Of a stretch of 64,000 nucleotides of DNA, positions 50,284-60,905 are shown in pieces; positions within the stretch are counted from its first letter, which is position 1, and every line of letters begins with the position of its first letter. This stretch comes from an uncultured Trueperaceae bacterium (GTDB taxonomy: Bacteria > Deinococcota > Deinococci > Deinococcales > Trueperaceae): assembly GCA_963815215.1 (NCBI GenBank), contig CAWFFU010000003.1, forward strand, positions 320,001 to 384,000, read 5' to 3'. Under the pieces are notes generated by a model that made no database searches, had not been told where the DNA came from, and saw only the letters and a list, made by a program, of their open reading frames with translations. Position numbers and translations under genes: made by a program.

Positions 50284-51453
50284 ATGTCCGACCCGGCGGT
50301 GCTGACGCTCGCCGCGCTCGAGGCCGAGGGCGTTGGCGCCGGGCGCCTGCTCCAGCTCCGTGACGCCTTCGGCACCGTTGCGGCAGGCCTCGAGGCGGCG
50401 GCGAAGGGGGCCGATCCTCCCGCCCGCTTCCCGCGCGCCCTGTTCCATCAGCTGTCCGCCCGTCTCGACCTCCGGGGCGCGTCCCGCCGGGTCCGGAGCC
50501 TGCGCGAGGCTGGCATCGAGGTGGTCGCCTGGGATGACCCGCGCTATCCTGCTCCCCTGTGGCTGGACGACGATGCGCCACCGGCGCTGCTGTACCTGCA
50601 GGGCACGCTGCCGCCGACGCTGTCGCGCTCCGCCGCGCGGGTGCGCGCCGCTGCCATCGTCGGCACGCGCCGCCCCACGGGGCGGGGCGTGGCACTGGCG
50701 AAGGAGCTGGCAGCCTCCCTGGCGGCGCTCGACGTTGCGGTGGTGTCCGGGCTGGCGCTGGGTATCGATGGCGCCGCGCATGAAGGCGCCCTGGACGGCG
50801 CGGGGCCGACCGTCGCGGTGCTCGGCGGGGGGCACCGCTACCTCCACCCGCCCAGTCACCGGCCGCTGGCTCGGCGCATCGTGCGATCGGGCGGCGCCGT
50901 GCTCAGCGAACACCCGCCCGAGGTGCGTCCCGACCGGCACACCTTCCCGGAGCGGAACCGGCTCATCAGCGGACTATCGCGGCTGGTCGTGGTGGTGGAG
51001 GCTGGGCTCCGCTCGGGCTCCAACAGCACCGTCGAGCATGCCTACCGGCAACACCGCGACGTCTTCGCCTGCCCCGGACGCCCCGGCGATCCCGCCGTTG
51101 CCGGCACGTTGCGCCTCATCCGGGACGGAGCGCTCCTGGTCACCGAGCTCGAGGACGTGCTCTGCCACTTCCGCGCCGAGCCCGGCGCTCCCGCACCGAG
51201 GCCCCGGCGAGCCGGCCCGGCTGCGCACGACCGCTTGCTCGGGGCGCTGTACGCCGTCGAGGAGGCCACCGTCGACGAGCTCGCCAAGGCCGTGCGATCA
51301 CCGGTCGGCCAGGTGCTGGCCGGCCTCACGGCCCTGGAGATGCGGGGCAGCGCGGTGCGGACGCTCGCCGGCCGCTACCGGCTGGCAGGCCCCGAGCGTG
51401 ATCGTCGGACGGCCGCGGCCCAGGCCCGCACGGCCGAACGGTCGCGGACGTGA
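50284..51453 (+). CDS. dprA: DNA-processing protein DprA
   Basis: YPAPL, AIVGTR, VVSGLALGIDGAAH, FPERNRLISGL, VVEAGLRSGS, C-terminal wHTH. Confidence 0.93.
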   Translation: MSDPAVLTLAALEAEGVGAGRLLQLRDAFGTVAAGLEAAAKGADPPARFPRALFHQLSARLDLRGASRRVRSLREAGIEVVAWDDPRYPAPLWLDDDAPPALLYLQGTLPPTLSRSAARVRAAAIVGTRRPTGRGVALAKELAASLAALDVAVVSGLALGIDGAAHEGALDGAGPTVAVLGGGHRYLHPPSHRPLARRIVRSGGAVLSEHPPEVRPDRHTFPERNRLISGLSRLVVVVEAGLRSGSNSTVEHAYRQHRDVFACPGRPGDPAVAGTLRLIRDGALLVTELEDVLCHFRAEPGAPAPRPRRAGPAAHDRLLGALYAVEEATVDELAKAVRSPVGQVLAGLTALEMRGSAVRTLAGRYRLAGPERDRRTAAAQARTAERSRT

Positions 51454-51586
51454 AGGAAGCGCGGCGCGCGACGCGGCCGCACGCCCGACGAGCGCTCGCG
51501 GGCTAGGCTGAAGGGGTGAGCGCGTTCCTGCCCCCGACCCCCGCCTTGCGCCCCGCCCTGTGTCCTGCCCCGCGGCGCCTCGCGCC

Positions 51587-52837
51587 ATGAGCCGGACTCG
51601 GGACGCGGTCGCGCAGCGGCGCCTCAGGCGCGGCCCCACGTTGGCGCTGTTCGCCGTGTTGCTGTGGCTGCTGCCCGGCGCGGCCCTGGCGCAGGGGCTG
51701 ACCGTGTGGACCACCTACCAGGGCTCAGCGCTCGCTTGGCTGCGCAGCGAGGCGACCACGTACCAGCAGGCGTTCGGCAAGCCGGTCGAGGTCATCACGC
51801 GCAAGCTCGGTGAGATCAAGCAGGGAGCCATGACCGAAGCCGCCAAGGGCGCCGCGGCCGACGTGTTCGTGGGCATCCCCCAGGACCAGTTCTCCGCCCT
51901 CGCCGACGGCGGCGTGCTGGCCGACGTGGGGAGCTTCGCCACGGCCCACTACCTGTCTCAGCTCAGCGACCAGGCGCAGCGCGCCTTCCGTTACCGCGGG
52001 GTGCTGTACGGACTGCCTCTGTCCGTGCAGGGGCCCGCGCTCATCGTCAACACCGACCTGGTGCCGCGAGCCCCGGCGAGCTACCCCGAGATGGTGTCGA
52101 TCGCCGAGAAGCTGACAGGTGGAGGCCGCTACGGGTTCGCCTTCGATGCGGGCAATTTCTACTACAGCTACGCCTGGCTCCGCACGTTCGGAGGCGCGGT
52201 GTTCGGGCGCACCGCGGGCGGAGCCATCGAGCCCGGTCGCACCGAGCTCGCCAGCCCGGGTGCGGTGGCGGGGGCCCGCGCCTTGAAGGCGCTGCGCTTC
52301 GACCACGGGCTGATCCCAGACGGGCAGGACTACGCGTCCTTGCGCAAGCTGTTCCTGGACGGACGGCTCGCCATGACCTTCGACGGACCGTGGGCGATCC
52401 CGGCGATGCGGGCCGCGGGCATCCCCATCGCCGTCCTGCCGATGCCGCCCCTGGCGGACGGGACCCCGTTCAGGGGCTTCATGAACGTCGACGGCGTGTT
52501 ACTGAACCGCTACAGCGAGGATCCGGTGGCGGCCGCGAACCTGGCCAAGTGGCTCACGACCACCGACGCCCAGGCGGCGCTGGCACGCCGGGCAGGGCTG
52601 GTTCCGGCGTCGAACGCCGCGCTCGGCAAGGTGCGCGACGACGCGGTCGTCGCCGGCTTCGGCGCCGCCCTGGCGAACGCCCAGGCGATCCCCAACGTCC
52701 CCGAGATGGGGGCCGTGTGGGGGCCGATGGACCGGGCGCTCGGCACGATCCTCGCCTCCAAGGACAGCGACGTAGCTGCCGCGCTCCGGGCGGCGGCGCG
52801 ATCGATCACCGGCTCGACCCCATCGGCGAGCCCGTGA
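51587..52837 (+). CDS. Sugar (MalE-like) extracellular solute-binding protein, orphan
   Basis: Signal peptide; LYGLP, LIVNTDL, FDGPW, PNVPEMGAVW. No permease genes adjacent. Confidence 0.82.
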   Translation: MSRTRDAVAQRRLRRGPTLALFAVLLWLLPGAALAQGLTVWTTYQGSALAWLRSEATTYQQAFGKPVEVITRKLGEIKQGAMTEAAKGAAADVFVGIPQDQFSALADGGVLADVGSFATAHYLSQLSDQAQRAFRYRGVLYGLPLSVQGPALIVNTDLVPRAPASYPEMVSIAEKLTGGGRYGFAFDAGNFYYSYAWLRTFGGAVFGRTAGGAIEPGRTELASPGAVAGARALKALRFDHGLIPDGQDYASLRKLFLDGRLAMTFDGPWAIPAMRAAGIPIAVLPMPPLADGTPFRGFMNVDGVLLNRYSEDPVAAANLAKWLTTTDAQAALARRAGLVPASNAALGKVRDDAVVAGFGAALANAQAIPNVPEMGAVWGPMDRALGTILASKDSDVAAALRAAARSITGSTPSASP

Positions 52838-52901
52838 ATCCCGTCACAGGCGGGTCTTTCGGCCCCTGCAAGGGGTCCGGGGCCGTGGTAGGCTGGGCAG
52901 G

Positions 52902-53357
52902 GTGAACGGCTACGACAATCTCGGATACGGAACCCACCTGATCCTCGACGGATTCCGCGCCGATGCCGCGCGGCTCACCGACGACGCGGCGATCGCGGCG
53001 GCCCTCGAGGCCGTGCTCGGTCTGATGGGCGAGACGGGCGCCGCCGGGGTACTACTCCGCCATGATCGGGACGGCGCCGCCGGGGCCAGCGCGGCGATCG
53101 TCGGCGCGGAAGCGCACGCCTGCCTGCACGCCTTCCCGGCGCTGCGCAAACTCTCGCTCGACGCGTTCTCCGCGCGCTCGCTGCCGAGTCAGGCCGTCAC
53201 CGAGGCGTTTCTCCAACGCTTCGCGGTGGGGCGCTACGAGTCGCGCGTCCACGGTCGGGGGCGCTTGCTACCCCCCGGGCATGAGGGAATCGAGCGTGCG
53301 CTGGACGGCGATCGCGACTACGCCCGCTTGAGGTTGCGGGACCTGCTGGGAGCCTGA
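52902..53357 (+). CDS. S-adenosylmethionine decarboxylase (SpeD)-fold protein lacking catalytic residues
   Basis: GYGTHLILDG and GASAAIVGAEAHACLHAFP..LSLDAFSAR align with class 1B AdoMetDC (G.SG...IAESHISIHT.P..D.FSC). The Ser and the Cys are both Ala. Confidence 0.75.
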   Translation: MNGYDNLGYGTHLILDGFRADAARLTDDAAIAAALEAVLGLMGETGAAGVLLRHDRDGAAGASAAIVGAEAHACLHAFPALRKLSLDAFSARSLPSQAVTEAFLQRFAVGRYESRVHGRGRLLPPGHEGIERALDGDRDYARLRLRDLLGA

Positions 53358-53454
53358 AGCGGTTCGAGGGATCATGCCAGCGGAGCGGTCGTGCGCCGGG
53401 GCGGCGTCGGCGACCGCGGGCGGGGGCCGAGGCGTTCCGCCGTGGAGGTGAAGG

Positions 53455-54945
53455 GTGCCCGATTTCGTTGTTGCGCTGGACCAGGGAACGACCAGCTCGC
53501 GCGCGATCCTGTTCGATCGCGCCGGCTCCATCCGCGCGCTCGCGCAGCGCGAGTTCGAACAGCTCTACCCTCGGCCGGGTTGGGTCGAGCACGACCCCAC
53601 CGAGATCTGGTCGTCGCAGGCGGCGGTCGTGGGCGAGGTGCTGGCGAGGGCCGGCATCCGCGCCAAGGACGTGGCCGCAGCCGGGATCACCAACCAGCGG
53701 GAGACTACCGTCGTGTGGGACCGGAAGACCCTGGAACCGGTGCACAACGCCATCGTCTGGCAGGACCGCCGCACCGCCGGTCTGATCGATGCGCTGCGCG
53801 TCGAAGGCTTCGAGTCGGAGGTCCAGTCGAGGACCGGTCTGGTGCTGGATGCCTACTTCTCGGGCAGCAAGCTGGCCTGGCTGCTGGACAATGTGGATGG
53901 GTTGCGGGCCCGGGCCGAACGAGGCGAGGTCGCCTTCGGCACGATCGACAGCTGGCTCGCCGCGCGCCTGAGCGGTGGTGAGCTGCATGTCACCGATATC
54001 TCCAACGCCAGCCGCACCATGCTCTACAACATCCACGAGCGAGACTGGGACGACGTCCTGCTCGAGCGCCTGCGCATCCCCCGCGCCATGATGCCGCAGG
54101 TGCGGTCCTGCTCCGAGATCTACGGCACCATCCGCGAAGGCGGCCTCGCCGGCGCGCCGCTCGCCGGTATGGCCGGGGATCAGCAGGCCGCCACCTTCGG
54201 GCAGACCTGCTTCGAGGCGGGGCAGGTCAAGAACACCTATGGAACCGGTTGCTTCCTCGTGCTCAACACCGGTCCCGTGCCGACGCGCTCGGCCAACCGC
54301 CTGCTGACCACCGTCGCCTGGGACGTGGGCGGCGAGGTCGACTTCGCCCTGGAGGGGAGCATCTTCATGGCCGGAGCGGTGGTGCAGTGGCTGCGCGACG
54401 GGCTGGGTCTCATCCGCTCGGCGGAGGAGGTCGAGGGACTGGCCGGGAGCGTTCCCGACAACGGTGGCGTCTACCTGGTTCCCGCGTTCGCGGGGCTGGG
54501 GGCGCCGCACTGGGATGCCTACGCCCGCGGCACGGTGGTGGGGCTGACGCGTGGAAGCAGCGCCGGGCATCTTGCCCGGGCCGCCTTGGAGGCGATCGCC
54601 TTCCAGGTCGCCGACGTCGTCGAGGCCATGCAGGCCGACAGCGGCTCGCCGATCGGCGAGCTTCGCGTCGACGGCGGCGCCGCCCGCAACGACCTGTTGA
54701 TGCAGCTCCAGGCCGATATCCTCGGCGTTCCGGTGGTGCGCCCGACGATCACGGAGACGACGGCGCTGGGCGCGGCCAACCTGGCCGGACTGGCCGTCGG
54801 CTTCTGGACGGGCAAGGAGGAGCTGGCGAGCCACTGGAAGGTGGACCGCCGCTTCGAGCCCGCCATGGCGGACGCCCGACGCGAAGCGTTGATGCACGAC
54901 TGGAGGCGCGCCTTGGAGCGCGCCGGAAGGTGGGTGGAAGCATGA
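53455..54945 (+). CDS. glpK: Glycerol kinase
   Basis: [51 protein letters not shown]. Confidence 0.97.
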   Translation: MPDFVVALDQGTTSSRAILFDRAGSIRALAQREFEQLYPRPGWVEHDPTEIWSSQAAVVGEVLARAGIRAKDVAAAGITNQRETTVVWDRKTLEPVHNAIVWQDRRTAGLIDALRVEGFESEVQSRTGLVLDAYFSGSKLAWLLDNVDGLRARAERGEVAFGTIDSWLAARLSGGELHVTDISNASRTMLYNIHERDWDDVLLERLRIPRAMMPQVRSCSEIYGTIREGGLAGAPLAGMAGDQQAATFGQTCFEAGQVKNTYGTGCFLVLNTGPVPTRSANRLLTTVAWDVGGEVDFALEGSIFMAGAVVQWLRDGLGLIRSAEEVEGLAGSVPDNGGVYLVPAFAGLGAPHWDAYARGTVVGLTRGSSAGHLARAALEAIAFQVADVVEAMQADSGSPIGELRVDGGAARNDLLMQLQADILGVPVVRPTITETTALGAANLAGLAVGFWTGKEELASHWKVDRRFEPAMADARREALMHDWRRALERAGRWVEA

Positions 54946-56579
54946 GGCCGGCATGGCCCGATCGCGAAGAACAGCTGGCCCGAATGCGGGCCGATGATGG
55001 CGCCTTCGACCTGCTCGTGATCGGCGGAGGCGCCACCGGCACGGGGGTAGCGCTCGACGCCGCCACGCGCGGCCTGCGTGTCGCGCTGGTCGAGCGCGGA
55101 GACTTCTCCGGCGGTACCAGCAGCCGCAGCACCAAGCTCATCCACGGCGGCGTGCGCTACCTGGAGAAGGCGGTCAAGCACTTCGACCGCTCGCAGTTCA
55201 ACCTCGTGCGCGACGCTCTGCACGAGCGGGCGGTGCTGCTGCGTATCGCTCCGCACCTCAGCAACCCCTTGCCGATCGTCACGCCGCTGTACAACTGGCT
55301 GGAGGTCCCCTACTACCTCACCGGCCTGAAACTCTACGACTGGCTGGCGGGCCGCTCCAACCTGCAGCCGAGCCGCTTCGTCGATGCCAAGGAGGCGCTC
55401 CAGCGCTTCCCCATGCTCAAACAGCAGGGGTTGCGCGGGGGCGTTCTGTACTACGACGGCCAGTTCGACGACGCGCGCATGAACCTCGCCATCGGGCTCA
55501 CGGCGGCGCGCGAGGGCGCCGTCATCGCCAACCACGTCGCCGTGGAATCCCTCATGCAGCAGGGAGGCCGAGTGAGCGGAGCCGAGGTCGTCGACCGGCT
55601 CACGGGCGAACGTTTCGAGGTGCCGGCACGCGCCGTCGTCAACGCCACCGGACCGTTCACGGATGCCGTGCGGCGCATGGAGGATTCCGATGCCCGGCCG
55701 ATGGTGACCGCCAGCTCCGGCATCCACATCGTCTTGGACCAGCGCTTCTCCCCACCGGCCACCGGCCTGCTCATCCCGCAGACCGAGGACGGGCGTGTGC
55801 TGTTCCTGTTGCCCTGGCTCGGGCACACGCTGGTCGGCACCACCGACGACGAAGCAGCCATCGAGGAAGAGCCCCGGGTACACGAGGAGGAGATCGCCTA
55901 CGTGCTCCGGCACGTGGATCGCTACTTCGATGTACCCGTGACGCGTGCCGACGTGAAGGCCGCGTGGTCGGGGTTGAGACCGTTGGTCTCCGATCCCGAG
56001 GCCGCGGATACCGCCGGATTGTCGCGTGACCACATCGTCAACGTCGGCCCTGCCGGACTGATCACCATCGCGGGCGGGAAGTGGACGACCTACCGCCGCA
56101 TGGCGGTCGACGCCGTCAATGAGGCGGTGCGTGTCGGTTCGCTGTCGCCGAGTGCGCCGAGCAGCACGGCGACGCTCACGCTGGTCGGTGGCGAAGGCTT
56201 CAGCGCCCAGGGCGCGGGAGCGCTGCAGGAGCGCTTCTCGCTCGACGCCGACGTCGCCAGCTACCTCAATCGCGCCTACGGTAGCTTCGCCCCCGAGGTC
56301 GCGGGCCTGGCCCGCGACGGCCACGGCGACCGCTTGGTCGACGGCCACCCTTACCTCGAGGCCGAAGTCGTGTATGCCGCGCGCCACGAGTACGCCCGCA
56401 GCACGAGCGATGTGTTGTGGCGCCGGTTGCGTCTCGGCGTGCTCGACGAGACGGCGGCCGCGGCCGCGCTGGAGCGCGTGTCCGAAGTGCTCGCAGGCGA
56501 GCTAGGCTGGGACGGGGAACGTCGTGCGAGCGACCTCAGCGGCGCGCGCGCGCTCATCGGCGCCGCAGCCGTGCCCTGA
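54942..56579 (+). CDS. glpD: FAD-dependent glycerol-3-phosphate dehydrogenase
   Basis: [47 protein letters not shown]. Confidence 0.95.
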   Translation: MRPAWPDREEQLARMRADDGAFDLLVIGGGATGTGVALDAATRGLRVALVERGDFSGGTSSRSTKLIHGGVRYLEKAVKHFDRSQFNLVRDALHERAVLLRIAPHLSNPLPIVTPLYNWLEVPYYLTGLKLYDWLAGRSNLQPSRFVDAKEALQRFPMLKQQGLRGGVLYYDGQFDDARMNLAIGLTAAREGAVIANHVAVESLMQQGGRVSGAEVVDRLTGERFEVPARAVVNATGPFTDAVRRMEDSDARPMVTASSGIHIVLDQRFSPPATGLLIPQTEDGRVLFLLPWLGHTLVGTTDDEAAIEEEPRVHEEEIAYVLRHVDRYFDVPVTRADVKAAWSGLRPLVSDPEAADTAGLSRDHIVNVGPAGLITIAGGKWTTYRRMAVDAVNEAVRVGSLSPSAPSSTATLTLVGGEGFSAQGAGALQERFSLDADVASYLNRAYGSFAPEVAGLARDGHGDRLVDGHPYLEAEVVYAARHEYARSTSDVLWRRLRLGVLDETAAAAALERVSEVLAGELGWDGERRASDLSGARALIGAAAVP

Positions 56580-56644
56580 CCCGTCGGCTCCACTTCGCTT
56601 GGGAGGCATCGGTGGCCGCGCGACGCGCGGCCACCGAGCTTCGT

Positions 56645-58342
56645 CTAGGCCTCGTTCTTCAGCTCCGGGAAGTCCTCTTCCCAGTATTCCGCCTCCGCCC
56701 GCGGCCCGCCGCTGTGGGCGTGCTCGTCGCGGCGCAGCTCGACCCGGCGGATCTTCCCGGAGATGGTCTTGGGCAACGAGCCGAACTGGAGGCGTCGCAC
56801 GCGCAGGTACGGCGCCATCCGGCGCCGGATGAACCGGAAGATGTCGAGGGCGGTCTCGCGGTCGGCCAGACGACCGACGGAAAGCGTCACGAACGCCTTG
56901 GGCACCGACAAGCGCACGGCGTCGGGGCTGGGCACCACCGCCGCCTCCTGGACCGAAGGGTGCTCGATCAGGATGCTCTCGAGCTCGAAAGGGCTGATGC
57001 GGTAGTCCGAGCTCTTGAACACGTCGTCGGCCCGTCCCACGTACCAGTAGTAGCCGTCGTCGTCGACCGAGGCGACGTCCCCGGTGCGGTAGAAGCCTCC
57101 CTGGGTGGCGGCTGCGGTTCGTTCGTCATCGTCGATGTAGCCGTCCATCAGGGCCAGCGGGCGGGGGTCGAGATTCAGTGAGATCTCCCCTTCGGGCACG
57201 CCTACCTGCCCATCGGGACCCAGGAGCGTCACCCGGTAACCGGGGAGCGGCCTTCCCATCGAGCCCGGCTTGACCGGCTGCCCCGGCGTGTTGCCCACCT
57301 GAGCCGTCGTCTCCGTCTGGCCGTAGCCGTCGCGAAGCGTGATCCCCCAGGCCTTCCGCACCGACTCGATGATCTCCGGGTTCATCGGCTCGCCGGCCCC
57401 CACCAGCTCGCGTAGCTTCACCGGGTAGGAGGCGAGATCCTCGCGGAACAGCAGGCGCCACACGGTGGGCGGCGCGCACAGCGAGCTCACCTCGTGCCGG
57501 ACCATCGCCTCCAGCGCGCGCCCGGCGTCGAAGCGCTGGTAGTCGTACACGAACACCGTCGCGCCGGCGTTCCAGGGGGAGAAGAAGTTGCTCCAGGCGT
57601 GCTTGGCCCAACCCGGCGAGCTGATGTTCCAGTGCACGTCCCCCTCCAGGTGACCGATCCAGTACATGGTCGACAGGTGGCCGACCGGATAGCTCTGGTG
57701 GGTGTGGAGCACCAGCTTCGGCTTGGAGGTGGTGCCGGAGGTGAAGTACAGCAGCATAGGATCGCCGGCACGGGTCTCCCCTTCGGGCGCGAACGCCGCG
57801 CTTCCCGACAGCGCCTCGTCGTACGACACCCAGCCCGGGCGCGGGCCGCCAACCACCATGCGCGTGAACTCGCCTCGGACCGCGTCCACCTTGTCGGCGC
57901 CGGCCTCGTCGGTGATGACGTGGCGCACGCGCCCCCGCCCGATCCGATCGCGCAGGTCCTCCGCTGTCAGCAGTGTGGTGGCAGGGATCAGGACGGTGCC
58001 GAGCTTGATCGAGGCCAGCATCACCACCCACAGCGGCGCCACATTGGGGAGCATCACCAGCACGCGGTCGCCGCGACGAGCCCCCAACCCCTGCAGGGTC
58101 CGGGCGAGCTGCGAGGACCGCTCGGAGAGCTCCGCGAAGGACAACCGGGTGTCGTTTCCCTCGTCGTCCACGACGTGCAGGCCGGTGCGATCGTTGCCCT
58201 TGGCGAAGACATCGAACCAGTCCAACGCCCAGTTGAAGCGGTCGAGCACGGGCCAGGCGAAGCCGTTGTAGGCGGCGTCGTAGTCCTCGCGCTCGCGGAG
58301 CAGGAAGTCGCGAGCCTGCAAGAAGGTATCGGTGGCTGTCAA
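56645..58342 (-). CDS. Acyl-CoA synthetase (AMP-forming, medium-chain/acetate type)
   Basis: FNWALDWFD, YFTSGTTSKPK, DGYGQTET, YRTGD, GRADDVFK, LPKTISGKIRR. TTG start after GGAAAGGAG. Confidence 0.92.
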   Translation of the reverse strand: MTATDTFLQARDFLLREREDYDAAYNGFAWPVLDRFNWALDWFDVFAKGNDRTGLHVVDDEGNDTRLSFAELSERSSQLARTLQGLGARRGDRVLVMLPNVAPLWVVMLASIKLGTVLIPATTLLTAEDLRDRIGRGRVRHVITDEAGADKVDAVRGEFTRMVVGGPRPGWVSYDEALSGSAAFAPEGETRAGDPMLLYFTSGTTSKPKLVLHTHQSYPVGHLSTMYWIGHLEGDVHWNISSPGWAKHAWSNFFSPWNAGATVFVYDYQRFDAGRALEAMVRHEVSSLCAPPTVWRLLFREDLASYPVKLRELVGAGEPMNPEIIESVRKAWGITLRDGYGQTETTAQVGNTPGQPVKPGSMGRPLPGYRVTLLGPDGQVGVPEGEISLNLDPRPLALMDGYIDDDERTAAATQGGFYRTGDVASVDDDGYYWYVGRADDVFKSSDYRISPFELESILIEHPSVQEAAVVPSPDAVRLSVPKAFVTLSVGRLADRETALDIFRFIRRRMAPYLRVRRLQFGSLPKTISGKIRRVELRRDEHAHSGGPRAEAEYWEEDFPELKNEA

Positions 58343-58600
58343 GGAGACGCTCCTTTCCGGGTCGGAGCCGGTGCCGCGCAGATCCGCACCGACCCTCGGC
58401 GGCGATGCGCTACGCGTCGCCGGTGACGCGGAAGCCACTACGTCCGGACGAGCCCCCGCGACCTGTGAGTGAGCGGAGCGGCGTTCGAGCAGCACGCTCC
58501 ATGCGCGCATGGTACGCCCGTTGGATGAGCCCCGTCCCCGGACGCGCCGTGCGCGCCCTGAAGCGGGGGCCGCGAGGCTCCTGTACACTTCGGAGACCGT

Positions 58601-58687
58601 GCCGGGATGGCGGAATCGGTAGACGCAGCAGACTTAAAATCTGCAGCCCGCCAGGGCATGCGGGTTCGAGTCCCGCTCCCGGCACCA
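58601..58687 (+). tRNA. tRNA-Leu(TAA)
   Basis: GCCGGGATGGCGGAATCGGTAGACGCAGCAGACTTAAAATCTGC...GGTTCGAGTCCCGCTCCCGGCACCA; long variable arm. Confidence 0.97.
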
Positions 58688-58703
58688 GTTCAGGACGGTA
58701 CGT

Positions 58704-58862
58704 ACGGCAGGTCGTTCGACTCACTCCGAACGACCTCACCATCTGCTCCTCAGCGGGCAACGTCTCGTTTGGCCCATAGACCCTTCCAGAAGCTGTTGTC
58801 GGACGATCTGGCTGGCCAGACATGCGAGCGGAACACGAATCGCGCTCGAGCCGTCGCCTCAT
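58704..58862 (-). pseudogene. GntR-family regulator fragment (N-terminal wHTH, frameshifted, truncated)
   Basis: Joining frames gives MRRRLERDS/VPLACLASQIVRQQLLEG/VYGPNETLPAEEQMVRSFGVSRTTCR, matching the GntR HTH pattern LP.E......FGVSR.T.R. Confidence 0.6.
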
Positions 58863-58980
58863 GGTATGCCCATGATCTATCCCTTCTCTGGTCGTCGAGG
58901 TGCCCGTCGTGGGTTCATCGCCGATCGGGACCCCGGCGGGTGATTCGCCCTGCCCGGCGGGCGGTAGGCCCAAGGCCAGC

Positions 58981-59451
58981 GACCATGATCGGGCATTCAT
59001 CGGGCGCGTCGTCGGGGTTCTATTCCTCGGCGCTTTCCTCCTCTGCGGCACGGGTTCGCTACTCGTGATGTCCATCGAGGCGGCCCTCCTCGCCGTCGGG
59101 ATCGCCGGCGTCCCGCTCGTCGTGCTGGCCGCCGCGGCCGGTGACACCGGTCTGGCACGGATTCTCGTCGAAGGGAACGGGCAGGCTCTTCAAGTCGCCA
59201 TGGTTGGACTCGGCATCGGGAGCGTCCCCTTCTTCTGGGCGCTCGGACGGGAGCGGCTCATCCCCCGCTTCCTCGCCGCCTGGGGGGCGCTCGGCTACGC
59301 GATCTTCGCCACCGGCGCCGTTCTCGAGATCCTCAACGTTCCGGTCGGCGTATGGCTCGCCGCGCCTGCCGGCCTGTTCGAGGTCGCCTTCGCCGCGTAC
59401 CTCCTCGTCAGGAGCATGCCGCTCGACCGGAACCTGGTGCTCGGGCCATGA
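58981..59451 (+). pseudogene. DUF4386-like membrane protein, apparently internally deleted
   Basis: GRVVGVLFL..GSLLV fused directly to SIEAALLAVG; C-terminal RLIPRFLAAWGALGY..GLFEV. No clean start/RBS. Confidence 0.5.
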
Positions 59452-59921
59452 ACGTCGACGATGACGGCGGTTAGCAGTTCCGGTTCTTCACGCCATGACC
59501 CTACGGGTCGACGCCGACTGGAGGTATCGAGACGCCAGCCTCCGTCGTTCAGTCCACGCAGTCGTCCGCAGAGACGATGCACCGCGGCTGACCGCAGGTC
59601 GGGGAGCAGTATCGGTCCAGCTCTCGATCGGCCTGGTAACGAGGTACCTCACGGAAGCCGACCTGCTAGACGCACCCAAGTGAGGATGGGTGCGCATCGG
59701 TCCGAGGGGCCCGGGCGCCCTGCCGGAAAGTGGGTGTCCCCCCGACCGCGGGAATCTGGGTGTCCCTAGCGGGTCCTCGATCTGCAGGCGCTTGTTGTGC
59801 TGCGTGACGGTGGGTAGAGTCACGGTCGCGCCTCCCAATCATGAGAGGTTTGTGAAGCTTTGTATGGAAGGGGCCTGGGGCAAGGGGCAATCTTGCAGAG
59901 ATTACGCTCGGAGGGGGCGGT

Positions 59922-60248
59922 ATGGAGAACTTCAACCCGTTCAAGTTCGAGGGACGCATCGGCCGGCTCCAGCTCTTCGGTTTCGGCGTCATCTGGGGCG
60001 TCATCCTGTTCATTCTCATGCTCATGTTCGGCGGCAGCAGCTCCGGCATCTTCGTGTACTTCGTCATCTGGGTCGTGTACGCCATCGCTACCGTCAGCTA
60101 CGGCATCCGGCGTCTGCACGACTTCGACAAGAGCGGTTGGTGGTACCTGCTCGGCTTCGTTCCGCTCGCGAACTTCGTGCTCGCTGTGATCCTCCTGTTC
60201 GCGCCAGGCACCCAAGGGGCGAATACCTACGGCGTCCGCGTCCGATAA
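59922..60248 (+). CDS. DUF805-family inner membrane protein
   Basis: FKFEGRIGR, IRRLHDFDKSGWWYLL, PGTQGANTYG. GGAGG RBS. Confidence 0.88.
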   Translation: MENFNPFKFEGRIGRLQLFGFGVIWGVILFILMLMFGGSSSGIFVYFVIWVVYAIATVSYGIRRLHDFDKSGWWYLLGFVPLANFVLAVILLFAPGTQGANTYGVRVR

Positions 60249-60552
60249 GCGCTCGCCTATCGGACCGAGACGGACGCCCTGACATACGCAGGGTGTCCGT
60301 GCCTCGTTCAGCGGCGTCGGCGCGACCAGCTTCTCCACGAAGTCTCCCCCCCAGCTCCTCCTCCGGACCTACGTCGGCACACGACTCAGCCGTGTTCCGA
60401 ATCGTCGGCTACTCCTTGGACCGTCCCGTCCACCAAGGTCCTGCGGGCGCAACCCGGCACCTTGCGAAGCGGACGCCCGAGCGGAGCGGGCCGATCGACG
60501 ACCGCGGAGGATAAGAAGTCTGTAAGACCCCTACTGGTACACCATAGTCACC

Positions 60553-60816
60553 GTGATGCGTGCGTCGTCGCTCCCCTCCGAACCTCACCGGAACAAATCC
60601 CTCTGCCCCGCCTGCGGCGCCGACAGCGTCCGCATCCTGACGTCGATCGAGGTCTCCGTGGACGTGGTGATCGATGCGTCCGCCGACGAGTTGCAGGTGA
60701 TCGACGAGGCGCTCGGGGACGCCGCCTGGGACGAGGCGACGGCCGCCGCCTGCCGGCGTTGCGACTGGCACGGGACCGTCGGCGATCTGCACGACCACCT
60801 GCTCGCCGGCACCTGA
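60553..60816 (+). CDS. Small hypothetical protein with two CxxC pairs (zinc-ribbon-like)
   Basis: CPACG...CRRCDW, acidic middle, GC3-biased codons. Confidence 0.65.
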   Translation: MMRASSLPSEPHRNKSLCPACGADSVRILTSIEVSVDVVIDASADELQVIDEALGDAAWDEATAAACRRCDWHGTVGDLHDHLLAGT

Positions 60817-60860
60817 GAGAGTCCCCTTCCCGAGAAGCCGCACGAGCGTCGCGTGGCATG

Positions 60861-60899
60861 GAACAGGGCGCACGTTCTGAGTGAACGTGCGCCCTGTTC
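60861..60899. terminator. Hairpin downstream of tRNA-Met
   Basis: 17-bp perfect stem GAACAGGGCGCACGTTC/GAACGTGCGCCCTGTTC. Confidence 0.75.
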
Positions 60900-60905
60900 A
60901 GGCTC

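Noticed and set aside
60270..60365. Possible SDR C-terminal fragment (EELGGDFVEKLVAPTPL, minus strand)
   Set aside because: Too short to call without a search.
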